From Gammaproteobacteria bacterium (lineage in GTDB: Bacteria > Pseudomonadota > Gammaproteobacteria > JAJDYQ01), in assembly GCA_963662865.1 (NCBI GenBank), contig OY759969.1:1903742-1967741 (forward strand): a stretch of DNA of 64,000 bases, read 5' to 3'. Under the pieces are notes generated by a model, which was not told the origin of the DNA, made no database searches, and saw nothing but the letters and a program-made list of their open reading frames with translations. Of this stretch, positions 52,782 to 63,600 are shown in pieces. The position numbers and the translations under genes are program-made. Position 1 is the first letter of the stretch; each line of letters starts with the position of its first letter.

Positions 52782-54374
52782 CTAGCCTGCCACACCATGC
52801 TCTCTGGTCGAGAAAAATCGAACCTCCGGCCAACGCTCCATAGTAAGATCCAGATTTACCCGGCTGGATGCAATATAAACCAGATTACCACCGTGATCAT
52901 AGGCCAGATTATCCGCCAGCTTTCTTTTAAATTCCTCAAACCGCTTCTCATCATCTGATGAAATCCAGCGTGCCGTCTGTACCGGTACGGCCTCAAACAG
53001 GCAATCAACCTTGTACTCGGCTTTCAGGCGTTCCTGTACCACATCGAACTGTAGTACACCGACTGCACCGAGTATCAGGTCATTGCGCCTGACAGGCTTC
53101 AGTAGTTGCGTTGCGCCCTCTTCACACAACTGTTCCAACCCTCTGATCAGAGCCTTCATTTTCAAAGGATCTTTTAGTTGAGCGCGCCGAAAGAGTTCAG
53201 GCGCAAAATTCGGAACACCGGTAAAACGAAATTTTTCGCCCTCGGTAAAAGTATCACCGATATTGATAGTTCCATGGTTATGCAGGCCTATAATATCTCC
53301 CGCATAGGCCTCTTCAATATGTTCACGACCCGCAGAGAAAAAGGTCAGCGCATCGGTAATTTTCATATCCTTGCCAGTTCGTACATGGTGCATCTTCATG
53401 CCCTTCCGGTAGCTGCCGGAACAGATGCGCATAAAGGCGATTCTATCCCGATGCTGCGGATCCATATTGGCTTGTATCTTGAAGACAAAGCCCGTCAGCT
53501 TCGCCTCATCCGGCTTGATCTCACGCTCATCACTGATCTGAAAATGTGGTTGAGGCGCATATTGCACAAAGTCATCAAGTAACGGGCGAATACCAAAACC
53601 GTTCAGTGCCGTACCGAAGAACACGGGCGTCAGCCTGGCCCGCAGATAAAGTTCCCGGTCAAATTTATGACTGGCACCCTTGAGCAGTTCTACTTCATCA
53701 CGCAACTCCCGAGCCTTGAGGCCGAGCAGCTCATCAAGACCGGGATTATCCAGCCCTTGAATGACAACATCTCCTTTCACATGACCACGCTCACCGGGCT
53801 GGTAGAGATAGACCACATCTTCATAAAGATGGTAAATCCCCTTCAGTTCCCTGCCCATCCCCACTGGCCAGGTAATTGGCGCACAGGCGATCTTCAAAAC
53901 CTCCTCGACTTCATCCATCAGGTCAATCGGGGCTCGCCCCTCTCTATCGAGCTTGTTTACAAAGGTATAAACGGGGGTATCACGCAGACGGCAAACCTGC
54001 ATAAGCTTAACCGTCCGTTCTTCCACTCCTTTGGCGACATCAATAACCATCAGTGCCGAATCGACGGCTGTTAACGTCCGATAGGTATCTTCCGAAAAAT
54101 CTTCATGGCCCGGAGTATCAAGCAGGTTCACTATCGCACCGCTGTAGGGGAACTGCATCACCGACGACGTCACCGAAATTCCCCGCTGCTTTTCCATTTC
54201 CATCCAGTCCGATATCGCGTGATGTGCCGCCTTACGCGCTTTTACCGTACCGGCCAGCTGAATCGCCCCGCCGTACAACAGAAACTGCTCAGTTAAAGTG
54301 GTTTTACCGGCATCCGGGTGAGAAATAATCGCAAATGTGCGGCGTTTGGCAATCTGGTCGCGTAAATCCGGCAT
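52782..54374 (-). CDS. prfC: Peptide chain release factor 3
   Basis: 530 aa. GTPase G1 motif [12 protein letters not shown]. Confidence 0.95.
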   Translation of the reverse strand: MPDLRDQIAKRRTFAIISHPDAGKTTLTEQFLLYGGAIQLAGTVKARKAAHHAISDWMEMEKQRGISVTSSVMQFPYSGAIVNLLDTPGHEDFSEDTYRTLTAVDSALMVIDVAKGVEERTVKLMQVCRLRDTPVYTFVNKLDREGRAPIDLMDEVEEVLKIACAPITWPVGMGRELKGIYHLYEDVVYLYQPGERGHVKGDVVIQGLDNPGLDELLGLKARELRDEVELLKGASHKFDRELYLRARLTPVFFGTALNGFGIRPLLDDFVQYAPQPHFQISDEREIKPDEAKLTGFVFKIQANMDPQHRDRIAFMRICSGSYRKGMKMHHVRTGKDMKITDALTFFSAGREHIEEAYAGDIIGLHNHGTINIGDTFTEGEKFRFTGVPNFAPELFRRAQLKDPLKMKALIRGLEQLCEEGATQLLKPVRRNDLILGAVGVLQFDVVQERLKAEYKVDCLFEAVPVQTARWISSDDEKRFEEFKRKLADNLAYDHGGNLVYIASSRVNLDLTMERWPEVRFFSTREHGVAG

Positions 54375-54602
54375 AGTAAGGCGTAATCAGGCAGGGCGCA
54401 CATTGTAATGCAGTTCAAGAACCACCCCAAGCCGGGGGCCAGATTCAATACCTAATGAGACAAAATCAAGCGACCAGCATGAGTTACCGATAGAGGTTAT
54501 CGCCGTCACTGTGCCCGCTTTTGATTGACCGCCTTAACCATCAGTGAACCCCGGTAGAACGGATAAAACCGGTAGCGGCTTGGCATTGCAGCAATAATCG
54601 GT

Positions 54603-54630
54603 GCCGCCGGCAATAATACCCCCGGCGGCC
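54603..54630. terminator. Putative terminator hairpin downstream of the giant autotransporter gene
   Basis: GCCGCCGG-N11-CCGGCGGC, 8-bp perfect stem about 10 nt after the minus-strand stop. Confidence 0.4.
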
Positions 54631-54640
54631 ATGCCAATCG

Positions 54641-57600
54641 CTACCAGTGCAGCTTCCACTGTGCGCCGATGCCGTGGTTGGTTTTGCCTTCACCGTCCCG
54701 GCGGCGCAGGGCCTTGATGTCCAGCTCCGTGTCCGGGCCGCCCGGTGCCGACAGCAGGCGCCAACCCACGGTCAGATCGCGCCCGGAACCTGAAGATGTG
54801 CCGGACGACGACAGGCCCGCATATGGAATGCCGGTGGCGCCGTCACTCAGGGCCAGGCCCCACTCGCCCTCCAGGCTCCAACGACCGGAGGCCGAACCGG
54901 GCTGTGAGGAATCACCCTCCAGCGCCTCCGATAACGAATCCGACAACAACCGGTCCAGGCCGCCAGAAGCCGCGGCGGTGCCGTACTCCTGACGCACACT
55001 CAGCGACGGGCCGTAGGCCGTGTCCGGTTGCAGCTCGTAGCGCAGCGAACCCGATACGCCCCACTCTCGCCGCTCGGCGGCATCATGATCCAGCAGACGC
55101 CGACCGCGCACATCCACCGTCAAGCCCCTCGACGGCAACTCCCAACTGATACCGCCGCCCAGTTCCACTCCCACTCCGTCGCTGCTATCGCCGCCGTCAT
55201 AGCGCATCCCCAGCTCCAGTTCCGGTACCAGGCGACCGCCGTCCGCCTGCGGCATCTGCCACGACCACTCCAGGCCCAGACGCAGCCGCTGCGTGTCTGC
55301 CGTCAGGCCCGCTACGCCCCCGTCATCGTCATTCGATTCAATCCGCGCCAGCGTCGCATCCGAGGTCAGCTCCAGCTTCAGACCGCCTGCCTCCACCGGC
55401 CGCTCCAGCAGCGTGCCGCGCAGCCCCACCGAGGCCGATAGCTGATTAATGTCATGCCTCGAATCAGCCGATGTCGAACTCTGCTCCAGGTTGCCAAGGC
55501 CATAACTCGCCGCCGCCCATAACTGCAATCTCTCGGTGACGTTGTGTCGGATATACGGCAGCAGCGACGCCAGCGTGCTCGACAATTCGCCCTGGGCACT
55601 CGCTCCACTCCAGTCTCCAGTGCCTTCGCTGTATGACAGCGCCAGACCCAGCAGCGTCCGTCCGTTGTCGCTGTCCACTCCCAGCAGGCCGGTCGTCACC
55701 TCGCCATCCACCGTGACCCCCTCGCGGGCATCTTCGTAGCGCGAGTACGACGCCTGACCCCACACCGAAACACCGTCCTGATCGGTGTACACGAAACGGC
55801 TGCCGCTCAGCATATCGCGCAGCGACAGCGTCCTTGACAGGTTCAACAAGCGGTCAACCGAACCGGCCCCCAGGCCATCGCCATGGCCGGCGCCCTGACC
55901 GAAGCCGTCCGCACCCAGACCCGATACATCACCGATTCCATGATCGACCCCAGGCAGTGCACGACCAGAGGACAGACCGCTCACATTGCCCGACAGCCCC
56001 GGCGCACGATCCGTCAACGAAAAACGCGCATCCAGGCCGCCCAGCATATGTTCTAACGCCATCAGTCCGAAGCGCGGCAGCCAGGTCTCCTGCGCCGCCT
56101 GCATCTGCGATGTCTCGGTCTCTCCGTCCGTCACCGTGACAACCACCGATTCCGGACTCAGGCCGTCCGTCGGGTAGCGGCCACCGTCGCCGTTGCTGAT
56201 GCGGTGGCCGATGCTCGCCGTGCGTGCTCCTCCGGGGTGGTCTATGTCGTCAACCACCCCGGTCACCGTCACGACCTGGGCCGTGTTCCAGTTAACCGTC
56301 GTGAACGTCAGCGTCGACGGGCCTGCCGTCGCCGCCGTCGGCGTGTCGGAGGTCACCGTCAGCTGCACCGGTGCGCCCGGCTGCGAGTCCAGCACTACCG
56401 TGTAACTCGCCGTGCCGCCATTCTCATTGACCGTCGCGACATCAACGCTGATCGTCACTCCCGGGGCCGCATCGTCGTCCGTCACCGTGACAACCACCGA
56501 TTCCGGACTCAGGCCGTCCGTCGGATAACCGCCACCGTCTCCGACGCTGATGCGGTGGCCGATGCTCGCCGTGCGCCGATTGCCGGGGTTGTTGATGTTG
56601 TCGTCCACTCCGGTCACCGTCACTCTCTGAGCCGTGTCCCAGTTAACCGTCGTGAACGTCAGGCTCGCCGGGCTGACCATGGCCGCAATCGGCATCGTCG
56701 AGGTCGTGGTAATCTCGACATCGCCCGCCGGCTGCGAGGCCAGCTCCACCGTGTAGCTCGCCGTGCCGCCATTCTCATTGACCGTCGCGACATCAACGCT
56801 GATCATCACTCCCGGGGCCGCATCGTCGTCCGTCACCGTGACAACCACCGATTCCGGACTCAGGCCGTCCGTCGGATAACCGCCACCGTCGCCGTTGCTG
56901 ATGCGGTGGCCGATGCTCGCCGTGCGCCGATTGTCGGGGTTGTTGATGTTGTCGTCCACTCCGGTCACCGTCACTCTCTGAGCCGTGTCCCAGTTAGCCG
57001 TCGTGAACGTCAGGCTCGCCGGGCTGACCATGGCCGCAATCGGCATCGTCGAGGTCGTGGTAATCTCGACATCGCCCGCCGGCTGCGAGGCCAGCTCCAC
57101 CGTGTAACTCGCCATGCCGCCATTCTCATTGACCGTGAAATCCTCCATCGCGCTGATCATCACTGCCGGGGCCGCGTCGTCGTCAAGCACCGCAACCACC
57201 ACCGCCGTCAGGCTCAGGCTCGTCGGATAACCGACGCCGTCTCCGACGCGGATGCCGTGGCTGATCCTCGTCCGGCGCCGGTCGCGCGGCGAATTGTCGA
57301 GGCGGTCGTCAACTCCTCTCACCGTCACCGTCTGCTCCGTGTCCCAGTTACCCACCGTGAACGTCAGAACCGCCGGGCTCGCCGTCGCCGCCGTCGGTAA
57401 ATCAGAGCTCACCGCAATCTCTACAGCCCCCGCCGGCGGCGTGGTCAGCACCACCGTGTAGCTCGCCGTGCCGCCGTCCTCGGCACCATTCTCGTTGACC
57501 GTCACTCCGGTCTCGCTGAAACGCACACCGGCTTCGTCGTCGTCCACTACCGTCACGGCAAGCGATTCCAGCGTCAGGCCGTCCGTCGGGTAGCTGTTGC

Positions 57601-60600
57601 CGTCTCCACGGCTGATGCGGTGGCTCAGGCTTACCCTGCGTTCGCCTCCGGCATTGTCTATGCGGTCGTCAACTCCTCTCACCGTCACTTCCTGGGCCGT
57701 ATTCCAGTTGCCCATCGTAAAGGTCAGGCCCGTCGGACTCACCGTCGCCGCCGTCTGATCCGAGCTCGCAATCATGAGCTCCACATTACCCGACGGTTGG
57801 GTCGACAGTTCTACCGTGTAGGTGTCCGTGCTGCCGTTCTCGACTATGCGGGTCGCTCCTGCCGTCTCAACCAGGGTCACGCCCGCCATGTCGGGGTCGG
57901 TGATCGTGACCGGCAGCTGCGCCGTCACTCCGTCATAACCATCGCCCGTGGCACTCGCCGTGTGTGTCAGACGGGCCGTGTCATCCACGGCGTCCACGTC
58001 GGTATCGGCCGTCACCGTGATCGTCTGTACCGCGCTCCAGTTGGCCGACGTGAACGTCAGGCCGCTCGGCGTCGGGCTCAGGTCGGTGCCGCTGTGACCC
58101 GTCACCGCAATGGCCACATTGACCATCGGCCGGGTCGCCAGTGATACCGCGTAACCCACGGCGCTGCCGCCCTCGGTGACCGTCAGGCTCGCCGGCATCA
58201 GCACGATGGTCGGCTCCTCCATGATGACGAAGTCCGCCAGATTGTCGGTGCCCCTGGCGCCGCCGCCCAGGTTGGTGCCGGTGGTCGTACCCAGGGGGCC
58301 CAGGTCGATGTCGATGGTCTCGTTGGCGTCGGTGATGATGTCGGTCAGTATCCGCAGCGTCAGCGTGGCCGCGCTTACGGACGGGCCGCTAAACGTCACC
58401 GTGCCGGCGCCGCCGCTGTCCGGGATGTCGTAGGCGATGTTGTTCGCCGGGGTGCCGGTCAGGGTGTAGTCCGTGCCCCGCTCCGCGGTGCCGCCCAGGG
58501 TCAGCGGCACCGCCAGGCTCTCGCCGCTGATCAGGCCGCGGTTCAGGGTCACGCTCAGGGCGCTGGTGGCCCCCTCGTTGAGATTGCCGCCCGCTCCCGA
58601 CAACGTCACGACGGTGGCATCGTCGTCATTGACCGCGACCATCGCCACCGGCGAGGGGCCGACCATGTAGCCGTCGCCATCCGCCACGGTCACCGTGAGC
58701 GTGCCGCTGGCCTCGTCTGTGACGTCGGCCTGCGTGGCGACTTCGTAGGTCACCGTGGTGGCACCGCTCGCCAGGGTCACCGTGGCCTCGCCCTCGGCGC
58801 CTGAATCCACAAAATTACCCGCCGCGGCGTCTGTCACTGCCACTGTAATCGACAGCTCTGCACCCGGTGCCCGGCTGGCCGTCAACGTGAAGGTCGCCGA
58901 GCTGCCCTCGGTGACCGCGGCGCCGCCGGTGATGTCAATCACCACCGGTTCTTCAATGGTGAAGTCCGCCAGGCTGTCCGTACCGCTGGCTCCGCCGCCC
59001 AGGTTGGTGCCGGAGTCGCCGTCCAGGGTACCCAGGTCGATGTCCACCGTCTCGCCGCCGCCCTCGTCCACGCTATCGACCGTCGCGCTCAGCGTCAGCG
59101 TGGCCACGGTCGCCGTCATGCCCGTGAGGGGGCCGGTAAATGTCACGGTACCGGCGGCGCCGTTCAGGCCGGTGTAGCTGACTCCGCTCGCCGCGCGGCC
59201 GGTTATGCTGTAGTCCGTGCCCGGTGTCGCCGCGCCGCCAAAACTCAGCGGCACCGCCAGTACCTCGCCCGCCACCAGGGCACGGCCCAGGGTCACGGTG
59301 ATGGTTTTGGCATCGCCTTCCGTCAGGTTGCCCGCCGCGCCCGCCAGGGTCACCGGGGTGGCGTCGTCGTCGCTCACCGTCGCCGTCACCGAAGCAACCG
59401 CAAGGCCGCTGTAATTAGAATCCGTCGAGGTCGCCGCGTGGCTGATGATCACCGTCCGGTCGGACGCGTCGGCATCGTTATTGACCCCGGTGACCGTCAC
59501 CGTCTGTGCCGTGTCCCAGTTGCTGTCGCTAAAGATCAGGCCAGCCGCCGGACTCACCGTGGCGAGGCTCGCCATGCCCGAGGTCGCCACAACGGTCACG
59601 TCGCTGGTCGGTTGGCGGTTCAGCACCATCGTGTAGCGGGCCGAACCGGTCTCCGTGAGCGTGGTGGCACCGTTCGGCTCGACGAGGGTCACCCCCGGCG
59701 GCGTATCGTCGTTGAGCACCGTGTAGCTGACGCTGGCGGCGCCTGGCGCTATGGCCACGTCTTCGGGCGTGGTGCCGACCCGATCCACGGTGACGATGAC
59801 CGTCTCGTCGTCTTCGTCCACCGCATCGCCGCTGACCCGGATCTTATAGGCCACGCTGGCCTGATCGGCCGCAAAGCTCAGCTCAAGGGCGCCCGTGATT
59901 TCGCTATTGTCGGCTTGAGTGAATCGATAGTCGCTGCCGCGAGTGGCGGTGCCGCTCAGTTCCAGGCTCAGCGCAAAGCCCTGCGGGCGCGGCGGCGTCA
60001 CCGTCACCGTCACTGTCGCCCCGTCGCTCAGGCCCGTATCGCCCTCGGCACCCATGGCCGGGTCGATCGCGACCGACACGATGTGGCTGGCGGCGTCAAC
60101 CACTTCCACATCAAAGCCGTTGGCGCTGCCGTGCGGGTCGGCTCCGCCGCCAACATTGGTGCCCAGGCTGGTGTGATCAAAGCCATTGGTGCCATCGCCG
60201 TTCGCGCCCAGCTCGATGCGATAGGTCTCGGTGCCCTCGTCAATGTTGTCCGCCTCCGGGCTCAGTTCCAGGGTGGCGGTCTCCGCTCCCTCTGCAAAAC
60301 TCAGCAACGGGGTCGCCGTGGCTTCGTTTGTCAGGCTCACGCCGCTGCCGGCGGCGGCCAGGCTCCAGTCGGCTGTGGTCACATTCGTGCCGCCGATCGA
60401 CAGCGGCACGTCGATGATCTCGCCGGCGCTCAGTGCCCGACCCAGGGTGATGGTGAAACCCACCGTGCCGCCTTCGTCAACGGCACCCGTGGTGCCCGTG
60501 CGCATCAGGCTGACGACCGTCGGTTCGTCGTCTCTCACCGTCGCCGTCACCGAGTCAACCATAATGTCGTTGTAATCGGCGTCCGTCGAGGTCGCGGCAT

Positions 60601-63600
60601 GGGTGATGGAACTCTGCCGGTCGACGGCGTCGGTACTGTCATCCGCCCCGGTGACCGTGACCGTCTGCACGGCCTCCCAGTTGGCCGGCGTGAACGTCAG
60701 CCGGGGCGGGCTCACCGTGGCCGCACTGGTCGTACCCGAGGTCGGCACGATGACCACATCGGCGGACGGTTGGGTGTCCAGCTCCACCGTGTAGGTGTCC
60801 GTGCCGCCGTCCGCACTGCCGTCCTCAACGACCGTGGTGCCTCCCTGCGTCTCGGTGAGGGTCACGCCTGCCTCGTCGTCGTCGCTCACCGTCACGGTGA
60901 CCGGGGCCGGGCTCAGGCCGTTGGTCGGATAGCTGCGGCTGTCGCCGGTGCTGATGTGGTGGCTGAGGCTCGCCGTGCGTTCACCGCCGGCGTTGACCCG
61001 ATTGTCGTTGATACCCGTCACCGTCACCGTCTGCGCCGTGTTCCAGTTGGCCGTCGTGAATGTCAGGGTCATCGGGCTCACCGTGGCCGCACTGGTCGTA
61101 TCGGAGGTCACCGTGATCTCGACTGCGCTCGCCGGTTGCGTGGCCAGTACCACGGTGTAGGTGTCCGTGCCGCCATCCGCGCTGCCTTGCTCAATCACCG
61201 TGGTGTCGTCTTGCGTCTCGGTGAGGGTCACGCCCGCCTCGTCTTCGTCGCGGGTGTTGACCGTGATCTGTGCCGTCACGGTGTCGTAGTTGCCGCCGGT
61301 GGCCGTGTGCATCAGCGTCGCCGTGTCATCGTCGGCGTCGGCGTCGGTGCCCGCCGTCACCGTGAAGCTCTGTATCGTATTCCAGTTGGTCGCCGTAAAT
61401 GTCAGGGCGTCCGGGCTCAGGGTCAGCTCGGTGCCGGCTTGACCCGTCACTGCAATCGTGACATCGATCGTCGGGAGCACGGCCAGGGACACCGCATAGT
61501 TGGCGCTGGCGCCTTCTGTGATCGCCAGGGTCGGCAGCAGCACGATGGCCGGGTCCTGCATGATGGTGTAGTCCAGGCTGCCCGTGCCGATAAGCGCGCC
61601 GCCCAGGGGGCCGCCCGGCCCGCTGCCGGTCGGGGTGCCCGGGGCGATGGTGATGGTCTCGCCGGCGTCGTCGGCGTCGTCGGTCTGCACGGCCAGGGTC
61701 AGCGTGGCAATGGCCGGGGCCGGGCCGGTAAATGTCACCGTACCGGCGGGGCCGCTGTCCGGGATGGTGTAGGCGATGCCGTCCGCATCGGTGCCGGTCA
61801 GGGTGTAGTCCGTGCCCCGTGTCGCGGTGCCGCCCAGGGTCAGCGGCACGGCCAGGCTTTCGCCGGCGGCCAACGGGCGGTTCACGGTGACCGTGAGGTT
61901 GCGGGTGACGCCTTCGTTGATGTCAGCCGCCGTGCCCGCCAGGGTCACCGTGGTGGCGTCGTCGTCGCTCACTCCGACCATGGCCGAGGACGGCATACCA
62001 ACGGTGTAACCGGTGCCGTCCGCTATGGTCATCGTGATCAGGCCGTTGGTCTCGTCGATGGCGTCGGCCTGTGTGGGGATTTCAAGGGTGGCTGTGGTGG
62101 TGCCGGACAGGGTCACCATGCGCTCGCCTTCGTCGCCTGCATCCAGATAATCACCGGCGGCGGCGTCCGCGACGGTCAGAGTAATGTCCAGGTCGCTGCT
62201 CGGGACCCGGTCGGCGGTCACCGTGAAGGTCACGGAACTGCCCTCGGTGACCGCGGCGCCGCCGGTGATGGTGAGAATCGACGGGTCTTCGATGGTGAAG
62301 ATATTCAAGATGTCTGCGTCGAATGCGCCGCCGCCCAGGTTGGTGCCGGAGTCGCGGCCCAGGGTGCCCAGGTCAATGTCCACCGTCTCGCCAGCGGCCT
62401 CAACCTCGTTGTCGAGGGTCGCGGTCAGGGTCAGTCTGGTCCTGTCCGCGGACGGACCGGTAAAGGTCACCGTGCCTGCGGCGCTGTTCAGGCCGCTGTA
62501 GGCGATGCCCATCGCCGCGGGGCCGGTGACGGTGTAGTCCGTGCCCGGTGTCGCCTCACCCATGAAGGTCAGCGGCACCGCCAGGCTCTCGCCGGCGATC
62601 AGGGGGCGGGTCAGGGCGACGGTGAAGACTTTGCTGGCACCTTCCGTGATATTGCCTGCGGTGCTCGACGACAAGGCCACCGCGGTCATGTCGTCGTCAC
62701 GCACCTGTACCGTGGCCGCGGGCGGTGTGTCGACCGTGTAACCGGTGCCGTCCGCGATGGTCGCCGTGATCAGGCCGTTGGGTTCGTCGATGCGGTCGGC
62801 CTGCGTGGCGATTTGAACGGTGGTCATGGTGGTGCCGCCGGGCAGGTTGACCATGCGGGCGCCTTCATCGCCTGAGTCCAGATAATCACCCGGGGCGGCG
62901 GCGTCTGCGACGGTCAGCATGATCGGCAGGTCGGTCGCCTGGGCGCGGCTGGCCGTCACCGTGAAGGTCGCCGCGCTGCCTTCGGTGACCGCGGGGCCGC
63001 CGGTGATGCCGATGACCGGCGGCGGGCCGCCGATGTTGAAGTCCGCCAGGTTGTCGGTGCCGCTCGCGCCGCCGCCCAGGTCGGTGCCGGAGTTGCTGTT
63101 CAGCGTGCCCAGGCCGATGATGACCGACTCGCCGCTGGCCTCAACATCGCTGTCGGCGGTCGCGCTCAGGGTCAGGGTGGTGCTGGCGGCCGATGGGCCG
63201 GTGAAGGTCACCGTGCCGGCGGCGCTGCCCAGGCCGCTGTAGGTGACGCCGCTCGCCGTGGCGCCGGTGACGGTGTAGTCCGTGCCCGGGGTCGCCTCAC
63301 CCATGAAGGTCAGCGGCACTGCCAGCGCCTCGCCGGCGGCCAGGGCACGGCCCAGGGTGACGGTGAATGCCTTGTCGGCGCCTTCCATGATGTCGCCCGC
63401 GGCGCCCGCCAGGGTCACCGTGGTGGCGTCGTTGTCGATGATGAACAGCGTGTGGGTCGAGGTGGAGCCCGGCGTATAGTCCGAGCCTATTGTAGTCAGG
63501 GTCAGTGCGGCCGACTCCCTGATCTCGTCCAGGCTGTCATCAATAATGGTCACCGGAATGCTGACGCTGCTGGTGTTCGCGGTGACCGATATGCGGCGGC

